From positions 48,784 through 112,783 of IMG/VR virus record IMGVR_UViG_3300037067_023527: a stretch of 64,000 nt of DNA; one strand, given 5' to 3'. The stretch is from a virus. Taxonomy: Duplodnaviria > Caudoviricetes. The position numbers were made by a program, and so were the translations under genes. Of the stretch, positions 26,051 to 35,838 are shown in pieces (within the stretch, counting starts at the first letter, position 1; each line of letters starts with the position of its first letter). Under the pieces are notes generated by a model, which was not told the origin of the DNA, searched no databases, and saw nothing but the letters and a program-made list of their open reading frames with translations.

Positions 26051-26881
26051 ATGGCTATCGCTGATTTCTTAAATTCCAGCAAGTATTTTTTTGAACGAGC
26101 AGGGGTAACTGACGTTCAGACGATTATGGATGATTTTGCGACTCAGGTCCTTGCCAATGTTCCCGCCTGGACGAATCCAACTGGAGCCCGGTACGCCTCT
26201 CCCGTAGACGGGGCGGGAAGGTTTTTCGATGTTGAGTTCACCCGCACGACTCAGTATAAACTGACAATAGTTGTTCGCGACCAAAGCGGAACAACCATCA
26301 TGACCCGGCGCATCCAGATCCCTTCGGCAAATGGATCTATTGTTCGCATATTTACCGGACAATTCCACTGTTTCATCGATATCCAAACTCAAAGCACGGA
26401 TCCCGAATATTTTTGGGCGGGAATCTTAGACTTGTCCCCGGAAGTGCAAAACGTACATTCAAAATATGTTTTTGCATATTCAACCAGAACAACGGCCGAT
26501 GTTTATGGGGCGGGGTATTTTCAATATGCCTTTATGATTGACGATGCGGCCCCTGCGAGCATTCAGCGAATTTGCCATTATGCTTGTGAAGTTACCGGAC
26601 GCCCCAGACCGCAACGGGACTTGCTTGGCTTTTGGATATTCCACAATCTTATGTTTTACGTGCAGCCTGTTGGCGGAGGGGACCATCGGTATGCGGGCAG
26701 GGCCTATCAATGCCTTCTTGTACCAGAAGACGCAGGGGATCCCGGGACTGAACTTACCATCCCAATCGACGCTGGCGTGACCGGACAATTTATGATAGTT
26801 AGCGGACTGGTGGATCCTACTCCCAGAGCTACTGTAAATGATTATCGTGGATATCGTATGGCGATTCGAGTCCCGGACTAA
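26051..26881 (+). CDS. tail-associated protein, paralog B
   Basis: VTDVQTIMDD and GTELTIPIDAGVT. Confidence 0.65.
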   Translation: MAIADFLNSSKYFFERAGVTDVQTIMDDFATQVLANVPAWTNPTGARYASPVDGAGRFFDVEFTRTTQYKLTIVVRDQSGTTIMTRRIQIPSANGSIVRIFTGQFHCFIDIQTQSTDPEYFWAGILDLSPEVQNVHSKYVFAYSTRTTADVYGAGYFQYAFMIDDAAPASIQRICHYACEVTGRPRPQRDLLGFWIFHNLMFYVQPVGGGDHRYAGRAYQCLLVPEDAGDPGTELTIPIDAGVTGQFMIVSGLVDPTPRATVNDYRGYRMAIRVPD

Positions 26882-26884
26882 AAA

Positions 26885-27409
26885 ATGGCTGAAGATCCGA
26901 TCAGGGTAAACAAAGCAGGTCCGATCAATTTGGGCTTGTATGACGATTCGGTTGATCCAGGGATTACCTTGGATTGGGCTGGATTTGTCAACCCTGTGGC
27001 AAACCATTTTTCACTGGTTCAGTTTTGGCAAAATCAATATGGCAATCCTAATAATTTCTCTCTTTTAGCGACACAGCCCAATCCAAACACAATGTTGCTC
27101 CATTTCCAGGCGGCTGCTTTAAATGCGATGCCATTCTTCTCTCCGGTGCCGTTGGAATCCGCTCCTACGGTCAGTCATACCACATATCTTCAGGTAACAG
27201 TCGGACTGTGGAGCAATCAAATTCCGGTCGATCCTGGGGGCGCAAGCGGGGAGGAATGCAGTACTGTGCCGGCTGCATGCAAACCACTTGCAGAATTAGA
27301 GCTGAACGATGCTCCGATTGCGGTTCTCGTTCAATCCGCTGTTCCGGTCGCTGATTTAGAACAGAATGCGGCGCCTGTGGCAGATCTTGAGTGCCAAATT
27401 CTTTCATGA
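26885..27409 (+). CDS. virion-region hypothetical protein with short C-terminal repeats
   Basis: PLAELE, PVADLE, PVADLE. Confidence 0.55.
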   Translation: MAEDPIRVNKAGPINLGLYDDSVDPGITLDWAGFVNPVANHFSLVQFWQNQYGNPNNFSLLATQPNPNTMLLHFQAAALNAMPFFSPVPLESAPTVSHTTYLQVTVGLWSNQIPVDPGGASGEECSTVPAACKPLAELELNDAPIAVLVQSAVPVADLEQNAAPVADLECQILS

Positions 27410-27419
27410 GGAGAATGCT

Positions 27420-27770
27420 ATGAATTTTTCAATGACTCGAGGTGACAGCGTGTCGTGGGCTGGAACCGCAACTTTATCCTCAAGCCCATATGATCTTACC
27501 GGAATTCTTGGCATGTCGTTTACGGCCAAAAATAAAACTACTGATACCGACGCCAATGCGGTCTTTAAAAAAACCATTGGCGATGGGATTACCGTAACCA
27601 GCGCGGCTCAAGGATTGTTTACAGTCGCTATCTTGCCGGCCGATACGGCTTCAGTCTCAAAAGTAAAGACAATCTTGGTTTGGGATCTGGAAGTAGTCGA
27701 TTCAGGAGGGAATGTTTACACTCTGAATTCTGGCAATCTTGTTATCAATCCTGATGTTACGAGTTCTTAA
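27420..27770 (+). CDS. BppU-like Ig-fold virion protein (putative)
   Basis: RGDS..YDLTG..WDLEV..TLNSG; GAGGAG RBS. Confidence 0.6.
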   Translation: MNFSMTRGDSVSWAGTATLSSSPYDLTGILGMSFTAKNKTTDTDANAVFKKTIGDGITVTSAAQGLFTVAILPADTASVSKVKTILVWDLEVVDSGGNVYTLNSGNLVINPDVTSS

Positions 27771-28438
27771 TGAACGCAAACGATTTAATCAGTCAGATAC
27801 TCAGAAGGCTGGATGTGCTTGATCCGCTGGTTCCCATTCACTGGACTAGAGCGGAGATCCTTGTCTTCGTGAACGAAGCAATTGGAGAACTCAATCTCAT
27901 TGCGTGGGAATTCCAGCTTACGGCCTCACTGAGCGTCGACGCGACCCACAATGTTTATGACAATCCAGCGACAATTATCGCCCCTATTTCTGTCCGGGAT
28001 GGAAAGTATTTGCGGCGCCAAGCGGTATCGGACCTGGATTTTGAAGTCGATTGGGAAAAGACCGCAGAGCAGAAATCCACTTTAAAAAACTGGTCTCCAA
28101 TTGGATTGAATAAGATCCTTATTCATCCTCGTCCGCTGGGAGCCAAAACAATATACGTTGAAGGCCTGACGGACCATGCGCCCGTTACGGATGCCGCGGT
28201 TGCGTTGCCAGTCAAGGCTGAATACGAATCTGCGATCGAGGATTACTGTGTCGAGAGAGCTACGTTTAAGGAAGGCGGGCCCGAGCTGCAACAGGTAGGA
28301 TCTCTTTATCGTTCATTTCTGAGGAGTGTGCAGGATGCGGCCGGGCGCAATGTGATTCGAATGTACCCGGTATATTCGTTCGGCCAGGTCGACCCGAGTG
28401 AATCCCTGAGGCCTCAGGTTGAGGAAAAACAACAGTGA
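27770..28438 (+). CDS. head-tail adaptor / tail tubular A-like protein
   Basis: WTRAEILVFVNEA..LRRQ..IHPRP. Confidence 0.65.
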   Translation: MNANDLISQILRRLDVLDPLVPIHWTRAEILVFVNEAIGELNLIAWEFQLTASLSVDATHNVYDNPATIIAPISVRDGKYLRRQAVSDLDFEVDWEKTAEQKSTLKNWSPIGLNKILIHPRPLGAKTIYVEGLTDHAPVTDAAVALPVKAEYESAIEDYCVERATFKEGGPELQQVGSLYRSFLRSVQDAAGRNVIRMYPVYSFGQVDPSESLRPQVEEKQQ

Positions 28439-29061
28439 CCATAGCAATTACTGATTTTTTAACCCGAATCGCCACTGATCTCAATGAAGAGGACAACGAT
28501 TTTCCGTCTCTTGCCTGGACCAGAACGGAAATGCTCGCCTATCTGAATAATGCGGAAAGGGATTTTCTGAGGCTTACCGGCATGGTTCAGACAGATGTGA
28601 ATGTGTCGGCGGATGGATCGACAATCCTGTTTAATCGTCCAGACAATACGATGGATCTCAACAGGGTCAGTTTCAACGGTAAGAATCTGCGGCGGCAGAC
28701 TTCGAATGATTTTATGATGGAAGATCGCAATTGGAGAAACAACGCGGTTGGTAAGCCATCATATTGGCACGAAGATCATCTCGCCGTCACTCAGTTTGAA
28801 TTGAATAAAATCCCGGCTGCCGGCGGAACAATCAGAATATTTGCCGACTACCTATATGATGAGTACGCATCAGTGTTCGAGGACCTTCACTTAAGAGATA
28901 TCTGGGAACCCTATTTGCGCTGGAAAGTGTTGTCTCTTGCTTTGGCCAAAGACGGAGAAAACCAGGATCTGGGCAGGAGCAGTTACGCTCAGGAAAGATA
29001 TATGGTAGGCGTTAGGCTCGCGTTGCGTCTCATCAAAGAAGATTCTGCTATCCAAATTTGA
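28435..29061 (+). CDS. head-tail adaptor-like protein, paralog of previous gene
   Basis: WTRTEMLAYLNNA..LRRQ..ALAKDGE. Confidence 0.65.
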   Translation: MTIAITDFLTRIATDLNEEDNDFPSLAWTRTEMLAYLNNAERDFLRLTGMVQTDVNVSADGSTILFNRPDNTMDLNRVSFNGKNLRRQTSNDFMMEDRNWRNNAVGKPSYWHEDHLAVTQFELNKIPAAGGTIRIFADYLYDEYASVFEDLHLRDIWEPYLRWKVLSLALAKDGENQDLGRSSYAQERYMVGVRLALRLIKEDSAIQI

Positions 29062-29068
29062 GGTAAGA

Positions 29069-29737
29069 ATGCAGACCATTTATTTATTGCGAGATCCCAG
29101 GAATAGCGCCCCAAGGTATGTGGGAGTGACAGCCAATACTCTTAGGAAGCGGCTGCGCGATCATTGCAATGACAAACGGAGAACACATCGAACCGCTTGG
29201 ATTCAAAGTCTAAGAAAAATTGGGTTACGACCTATCGCCGAAATATTAGAAACCTGCGAAGACCACCAGCGCATAGATGCCGAAAAAGCGTGGATTCTTG
29301 GATTTAGGCAGTCTGGCGCTGACTTGGTTAATGTAACCGATGGAGGAGAGGGGACTGTCGGCATTAAGGTATCGGAAGAAACCCGATCGAAAATGAGGGC
29401 AGCAAAACGACGAATTCCTCCTGAAAGAAGATCGGAAATATCCTCTTTGGCTTCTAAGTCCCGTATTGGATATAAACATAAAGCAGAAACAATCGAAAAG
29501 ATAAAAAAGGCTAATACGGGACAGTCCCACCCAAAACATACGGAAGAATGGAAAAGACAAAAATCTCTTCTAGGTAAACGTCCTGAAAATATTGAGCATT
29601 GTCGGAAAATGGCAGAATCGCATAAGGGGATTCCACGTCCACCGCATGTAGTTGAAATGATGAGAGCTCGTCGGCATAGTCAAGAAACTAAAGAGAAGAT
29701 AAGAGCATCGGCCAAGAATAGGAAGGCTAGGGTATGA
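29069..29737 (+). CDS. free-standing GIY-YIG homing endonuclease with NUMOD3-like repeats
   Basis: IYLLRDPR..RYVG, RLRDH, LVNVTDGGEG, SEETRSKM and HSQETKEKI. Confidence 0.88.
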   Translation: MQTIYLLRDPRNSAPRYVGVTANTLRKRLRDHCNDKRRTHRTAWIQSLRKIGLRPIAEILETCEDHQRIDAEKAWILGFRQSGADLVNVTDGGEGTVGIKVSEETRSKMRAAKRRIPPERRSEISSLASKSRIGYKHKAETIEKIKKANTGQSHPKHTEEWKRQKSLLGKRPENIEHCRKMAESHKGIPRPPHVVEMMRARRHSQETKEKIRASAKNRKARV

Positions 29738-32700
29738 ATCGAGAAATCGTCTCTGTGCCGATTTCCTTCGCCAACAGTGGCATCATCATCAAGTCCAGTC
29801 CGGATGAAATTCCCATTACTGCCTATAAGATGCTTTCGAATGCCCAGACTGATCGCGAAAACTCGGTCTCAGTTCGGAAGGGATTTGGACGTTTGAATGC
29901 AGGATTGCCGGCGGCGCCATATTCTTCCTATTATCTGAAGGACTCCGATAATCGACAGTGGAGATATGCCATCACAAATGGCCAGCTTTACGTGGCTCCG
30001 ATTGTCGACCCAGAAGATGCTGCAGTGTGGCCGCTTGCCAGTCATAATTATTTCGGAGCCGTGATAGGAGGGGAAAATCTCTCCGTCGCGACCGATCCCA
30101 GGGCTCTTTGGGCAACATTCAGTTTGCGCGGCACAGAAACCAAACCATATGCCTTTATGGCCGACGGCACCAAATTCTTGAAGCATTGTGCCGGAATGGC
30201 TTCTGCGCGCCGGGTCGGGATTCCTAAACCGATGAGTCCGATCACCAATGTCGCCTTGTCGAGCGTCACCGATGTTTTGATTGATGCGTGTGAAGACTAT
30301 ACGACTTGGACCGGAGGAGACTCTTCAAAAACTTCCGCGGCGGATTATCCCTCGATTTGGTGGTACGGGGTTGGAACCTCTCTCGCGCGATGGATTTGGG
30401 CAAAATACACTTTTGTTCTTAATGACGGTACGGAAACCTTTAGCAGTGCAGCCAATTTGCCCAATTATATTCCCAGCGGAAAAACATCAAAGCTTTTCTG
30501 GAAAAAAGCCAAATATACCTATCACTCTGAATCCACCGCCGGGAACAATGATCCGAATATCACCATCGGAGTCCTCACCTATCCCAATCATTATTTTTCT
30601 GATGCCGAATACGCCTCCGTCCCAGACGGAGTGAGAGTCCGCGGAGTCAGGCTCCAGGCTGGGTCGATGATCGATCGTATTCAGGTATTGTGGGAGTCTA
30701 GCGATGGAACTGCTTCGGATGGTCCTTTTCATGGTGGAGGCGGCGGAGATTTATTCGAGTTCATGCTGGATTTTGATGAATATATTATTGAACTGAAGGG
30801 TCGTTACGATACCTACGTAAATTCGCTCACCATCGTCACAAACAAGCGCGAGTCTCAAAAATATGGCGGAGACGGCGGGACCGCAGATTACAGCGTGACC
30901 CTTCCCGCGGGAGATTCGCTTCAGTCTAAAATGCTGATCGGGTTCACTGGCCGCCATGCCGGAGTGACAGACTTCCAGAACAAATTGACGGCAATCGGAA
31001 TGGCCACCAGGTATGACACCTACGACAATACGTCTTCTGCTCCAGTCGCCGCAGTGGGCTACAATCTGTATGTCGGAGAAACTCCCAATAGTCTTTACAA
31101 AGTAAACGAAGATCCGATCGACTTGGCTGATCCTTATTTGGAGCCTCCGGGAGGCTGGGTCTATGGGATCGATCGTCCTCCGATGGCCAATGTTGGCGAT
31201 CTTTCGAACGATGCAGCGGGAGAAACAACCAATGCTGTAAAAATTAGTCTCACGGGCGCCGGCAAACTGGGCAGAGCCCTAAAGGCACTCGTTAATGACA
31301 TTGGATACCCGATCGTCTCTGATTTCGGGACTATGGACCCGGATGAATCTTTTAAGATTTCAATAAAATTTGCCGATGCCACAGCTTTATCTAACTGTGC
31401 TTCTATCCGTTTAAATTTCGTCTTGAGCGATATCCCGGGAGACACCGGTGACAAATACAATTATATTGCCACCGCGGAAGTGACCGATTTTTCCGGTCAT
31501 ACTCCTGGATCATGGCAGCAAATTCAAATCTATAAATCTTCCTTTGTTCTGAATAATTACAGTGGAAGCGCACTCATTAATTTGGGTTGGGATACGGTAA
31601 CAGCCGTTAGCGTCGAAGTGGTTACAAAAGATCCCGTTGTTGGCGCGGGAACCTGTGTTGTCAGTTTTGACAATATCTATTTTTCCCCGGTCGGAAAATT
31701 AAACGGCGCCGATCTTGAATGGACCTATACCTTTTACAACTCTAAGACCGATACCGAAAGCGATTACGCAGATTCATTTGCCAATACCCTGGGGACCTTG
31801 GTCGATAAGGCAGTGGAATTGAGTTTCCCTTCGACTCCGCTGACAAATGCCCCTATGGCAAATCCTGACAAAATCAGGATTTACAGAATGGGCGGTACGA
31901 TTACCCAATTCCAAAGAGTGGCTGAGATTGACTACGTGGCGGGATTCCCATTCAGTTACGTGGACAACATCGGGGATGAATCCCTTGGGGATGTGCTCGA
32001 GACCGACAATCAGCTCCCGCCGGAAAATGTCGAGGGTGTTGAAATTTTCGATGACCGACTTTGGACCTGGGGAGGCGTTTCCCTTGAAGGAATTGCCGAG
32101 CCTGGAAACTGGCTTAGATTCTCTAAGGGAGCCAGGATCGAGCACTTTCCGTCTGACAATTACGTTATTGTCGGGTCCGGCAATGAAAAAATCATGCGAG
32201 TGTTTGAGCATGATGGGGAATTGTTCATTTTCACTCTCACTAAGGTTTATCGAATTGTTGGGCAGAATGGAGACTATAAGGCCGTATCGACAGCCGTCAA
32301 CCAGGGAATCAAAAACAAATTTGCTGTTTGTCGGGGCGCTCGCGGCCTTTACATGCGCTCCTATGATGGGATTTGGGAATTTCCTAATGGACGAAAAATT
32401 TCCGAGCCAATCAACCAAGTGTTTTTTGGGGAGACCGTCAATGGAATTGAGCCAGTTGCGGCCGATCGGGAAGATGAAGAAGCAATGGCGTTTTGGAATT
32501 CCATGGTCTTTTTCTCCTATTGCGCCACAACCGATGCTTCCATCCGAAACGATCGTACTCTAATTTGGGACACCCAGCATGAGCGTTGGTTTTGGTACAT
32601 TTACGGAGCCCAAAATCTCTATCAGGAACCAGAGACAGATCTCCTGATTGGCGCCAACCTCACGCAATGGTACAGCGTTGTGCCCGGTGTACCCGTTACA

Positions 32701-34077
32701 GTGCGCCGCTCCGGAGCCTATCCGATCAGGATGGAATATGGGACCGCGGACGAATGCTCGGACGGCAGCGGGTACCTTGTCCGATATGGGATCCCGTGCA
32801 TAATTGACACAAAGGAATTCGATTTAGGATTCCCAGATCAGGAAAAGCAGTTTATCGATATCACGGTCGACGCTGACACTCAGGGATATCCAATCACATT
32901 GCAGGCCAGCTTCGATGATGGGGAATATGAGGTTATAGGAATCATCCAAACGGCCGCGCGCGGGCGCGTTGTCTTCCCATTCGTCATGGGAGACGAAAAC
33001 AGCAAGATGGCCACCAGGATGACGTTGCGCATTTCCTTCGAATCGGATCCCGACGCCGATTCGTCGACGCGCATATTCAAAGTAGTTCACCGCGTTCTCA
33101 TAGAGCCTCAGAAGCATCGTACCTTTGTGACAGATTGGGATTATTGTGGGCATCAGGGCCCGAAGTTTCTTACTAAATTCTGGGTCGAGATGGACACCTT
33201 TGGCGTCCCTCTTCTTGGCATTGAGGCCCAAGGAGATCACGAAGTCATCAAAACCATTGTCGACAATGTGACGGCCGACGGCCGGAAGAAATTCTATTAT
33301 GGGCTTGGATTGGACAAACGCTTCACCCTGGCTCGTCTTAAATTTCTCACAGACGGAGACAATGAGGTAAAAGTTTACGATTACGGATTCGAGATCATCC
33401 CAGAGCCGCCATTAATTAACAGTTTGCAAACTTCATACACTGATAACGGATTCCCATACCGCAAACTGTGGAAACACGTCGAGATGGACATTGACACCGA
33501 TGGTAAGCTGATTGAATTCAATTTCTGGCTGGACAATGAAATAAAGCAGACTTTTAACATCCTGACCTCCGGCCGGCAGAAAATAACTCAATCCTTGGAT
33601 CAAAATTTGTTTGGAAAGATTGGTCGCATTACGGTGGATGTCGATGGGGTTGGAACTGATGGCCTACCGCAGGGAATCAGGCTCTACGCAGATCCGATAT
33701 TCATCACTGAACAGCGTAATCCAGACGTCACCATTGCGGATTCATTCGAACAGGTTCTGTCCTATGAGAGAATTAAAGTTTTAAAGCAGCTCTTTTATGT
33801 GCTTGAGAATCCAAATGAATCTGTCACCATGCAGCTATACATTGATGGAAGCCTAAGGGTTACCTACACCCTTACCGCAAATACGAGCACTTATCCGGAT
33901 ATCTCAATCCGGCGCCAGGATTTCCCGACCGGGATGAAGGGGAAACTTTTCCGTTTTGTTTTTACCTCCAACCAGGCGTTCGAAATCGATTGGCCCAGAA
34001 GCCAGGTGGTTTTACGCGATGTGAATACGGAAGAAACTCATCGCCGGCCGCGGCTTGAACCGCCACAAACTTATTAA
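29734..34077 (+). CDS. large tail nozzle / tubular B-like protein with jacalin-like insertion
   Basis: 1447 aa beta-rich protein after adaptors; jacalin pattern at ~30631-31005. Confidence 0.7.
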   Translation: MNREIVSVPISFANSGIIIKSSPDEIPITAYKMLSNAQTDRENSVSVRKGFGRLNAGLPAAPYSSYYLKDSDNRQWRYAITNGQLYVAPIVDPEDAAVWPLASHNYFGAVIGGENLSVATDPRALWATFSLRGTETKPYAFMADGTKFLKHCAGMASARRVGIPKPMSPITNVALSSVTDVLIDACEDYTTWTGGDSSKTSAADYPSIWWYGVGTSLARWIWAKYTFVLNDGTETFSSAANLPNYIPSGKTSKLFWKKAKYTYHSESTAGNNDPNITIGVLTYPNHYFSDAEYASVPDGVRVRGVRLQAGSMIDRIQVLWESSDGTASDGPFHGGGGGDLFEFMLDFDEYIIELKGRYDTYVNSLTIVTNKRESQKYGGDGGTADYSVTLPAGDSLQSKMLIGFTGRHAGVTDFQNKLTAIGMATRYDTYDNTSSAPVAAVGYNLYVGETPNSLYKVNEDPIDLADPYLEPPGGWVYGIDRPPMANVGDLSNDAAGETTNAVKISLTGAGKLGRALKALVNDIGYPIVSDFGTMDPDESFKISIKFADATALSNCASIRLNFVLSDIPGDTGDKYNYIATAEVTDFSGHTPGSWQQIQIYKSSFVLNNYSGSALINLGWDTVTAVSVEVVTKDPVVGAGTCVVSFDNIYFSPVGKLNGADLEWTYTFYNSKTDTESDYADSFANTLGTLVDKAVELSFPSTPLTNAPMANPDKIRIYRMGGTITQFQRVAEIDYVAGFPFSYVDNIGDESLGDVLETDNQLPPENVEGVEIFDDRLWTWGGVSLEGIAEPGNWLRFSKGARIEHFPSDNYVIVGSGNEKIMRVFEHDGELFIFTLTKVYRIVGQNGDYKAVSTAVNQGIKNKFAVCRGARGLYMRSYDGIWEFPNGRKISEPINQVFFGETVNGIEPVAADREDEEAMAFWNSMVFFSYCATTDASIRNDRTLIWDTQHERWFWYIYGAQNLYQEPETDLLIGANLTQWYSVVPGVPVTVRRSGAYPIRMEYGTADECSDGSGYLVRYGIPCIIDTKEFDLGFPDQEKQFIDITVDADTQGYPITLQASFDDGEYEVIGIIQTAARGRVVFPFVMGDENSKMATRMTLRISFESDPDADSSTRIFKVVHRVLIEPQKHRTFVTDWDYCGHQGPKFLTKFWVEMDTFGVPLLGIEAQGDHEVIKTIVDNVTADGRKKFYYGLGLDKRFTLARLKFLTDGDNEVKVYDYGFEIIPEPPLINSLQTSYTDNGFPYRKLWKHVEMDIDTDGKLIEFNFWLDNEIKQTFNILTSGRQKITQSLDQNLFGKIGRITVDVDGVGTDGLPQGIRLYADPIFITEQRNPDVTIADSFEQVLSYERIKVLKQLFYVLENPNESVTMQLYIDGSLRVTYTLTANTSTYPDISIRRQDFPTGMKGKLFRFVFTSNQAFEIDWPRSQVVLRDVNTEETHRRPRLEPPQTY

Positions 34078-34085
34078 GGTGATTT

Positions 34086-35837
34086 ATGCCCGGAGAATCC
34101 CCTCAGATTGATTTCGACCGCAAAGGAACGCTCGCCAACCAGTTTGAAAGACTGAATCAAATACTGAGGAGAATATTCCAGAGATTGAATGAAGTGGAGG
34201 CATTGGCTGCCGCTGGGGGGTCCGGCGGGGGAGGCGGCGGCACAATGGATCATGCCCTGTTGACCAACTTGGGATATGCCCAGGCCGCTCATACTGGATT
34301 CACGCCGAGTTCGCGAGCAATCAATACGACAGCGCCTCTTCAAGGCGGCGGTAATTTAAGCGCAGATCGTACTCTAACCATCCTGCAGGGAGAAGGATCA
34401 GGACTGGATGCGGATAAAGTCGACGGCCATCACGCTTATGAGACGGCTCCGTATTGGGGATTTCCGAATAGAAGCGATTCTCTTATTTCATTCTCCTATC
34501 CAACATTTACGATCGCTCCGGCTGTAACCCAATACGTTTTTTATGTCAATGGGGTGAAGTACACCAAGACAACTTCGTTGACGGCCGACATAACGGATAC
34601 GGAGGGGATTTGGTTTTTTTATTTCAACTCCGCCGGCACGTTGGTGGCCAGCCAAACCCTTTGGGAAATAGATCAAATTGTCAGTCTGGCATATCTCTAT
34701 TGGGATTCAGCTAACAATGCCGTCCTGGTTTTTGCAGATGAGCGCCACGGTCCATCAATGGATCAAGTCACCCACAAATACCTGCACGAAACGATTGGTA
34801 CAAGATTCGAAACCGGAGTGCTTGTAAGTGGTAATACAGCCGGAGATGGCGATCAGGATGTTCATGCTGAGTTGGGGGTATCGAGCGGATTTATTCACGA
34901 TGAAGACGTGGAAATCAACATTATAGACGATGCTACTCCCACGCCGCCATATCAGCAGATCCTCACTGTCCCAGCTCAGATACCGGTGTTTTATCGTGAT
35001 GGGGCGGCCACATGGAGAAAAAAGACTGCCAATAATTTTCCCGTCCTGGAGGGATCATATTTCAGCCCGGCGCGTACCCGGTGCAGTTACAATCAATTCA
35101 CCGCAGGGGCGTGGACTCAGACAGAAGTGACCAATCTGGATTTCTTCGCGGTATGGATATTTGCGACCAACGATATCAATACTCCCATTATCGCAATCCT
35201 AGGACAAAGAACGGACACCACCTACGCAAACGCCCAGAACAATAATTCTTATAATTCTCTTAGCTTTGGCACGATGCCGTTTCAGGAGTTCAAGGTAATT
35301 GCCCGGGTCATTTTCCAGACTGCAAATGGTTATGCCAATGCGCCAAAAGCCAGAATCAGAGAGATTATTGATTACAGAAATTTCGGAACAGTGACAACGG
35401 CGGGATTCCCGGCCTCAACCTCTCACTCTTCTTTAACCGGTCTTGGGGTTGATGACCATCTGCAATATCTCATTCTTACCGGAGTTCGCCCTATGGCGGG
35501 AGCCCTCGGGCCCGCGATTATTGCTCTGACCGATGCCGCCACTATTGCGACGGATGCCTCCTTGGGAAATCACTTCAGGGTAACACTAGGAGACAATCGA
35601 ATATTTGACAACCCGACTGGGGCGCATGACGGTCAAATCCTGCGCATAGAATTCAAACAGGATGGGACCGGAGGAAGAACTCTTTCCTGGGGAGCCAATA
35701 TCATAAAACCATACAATGTTCCCGCTATTGTTCTTAGCATCGATCCAAACGTCACCGACATGATCCAGTTGGTTTACAATAGCTCAGAAGACAAATATGT
35801 TATAACTGGTTTCCTGAACAACATTTACGGGGTTTGA
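34086..35837 (+). CDS. tail fiber protein
   Basis: HALLTNL, LQGGGNLSADRTL, GSGLDADKVDGHH, HSSLTGLGVDDHLQY, KQDGTGGRTLSW fiber motifs. Confidence 0.78.
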   Translation: MPGESPQIDFDRKGTLANQFERLNQILRRIFQRLNEVEALAAAGGSGGGGGGTMDHALLTNLGYAQAAHTGFTPSSRAINTTAPLQGGGNLSADRTLTILQGEGSGLDADKVDGHHAYETAPYWGFPNRSDSLISFSYPTFTIAPAVTQYVFYVNGVKYTKTTSLTADITDTEGIWFFYFNSAGTLVASQTLWEIDQIVSLAYLYWDSANNAVLVFADERHGPSMDQVTHKYLHETIGTRFETGVLVSGNTAGDGDQDVHAELGVSSGFIHDEDVEINIIDDATPTPPYQQILTVPAQIPVFYRDGAATWRKKTANNFPVLEGSYFSPARTRCSYNQFTAGAWTQTEVTNLDFFAVWIFATNDINTPIIAILGQRTDTTYANAQNNNSYNSLSFGTMPFQEFKVIARVIFQTANGYANAPKARIREIIDYRNFGTVTTAGFPASTSHSSLTGLGVDDHLQYLILTGVRPMAGALGPAIIALTDAATIATDASLGNHFRVTLGDNRIFDNPTGAHDGQILRIEFKQDGTGGRTLSWGANIIKPYNVPAIVLSIDPNVTDMIQLVYNSSEDKYVITGFLNNIYGV

Positions 35838-35838
35838 T

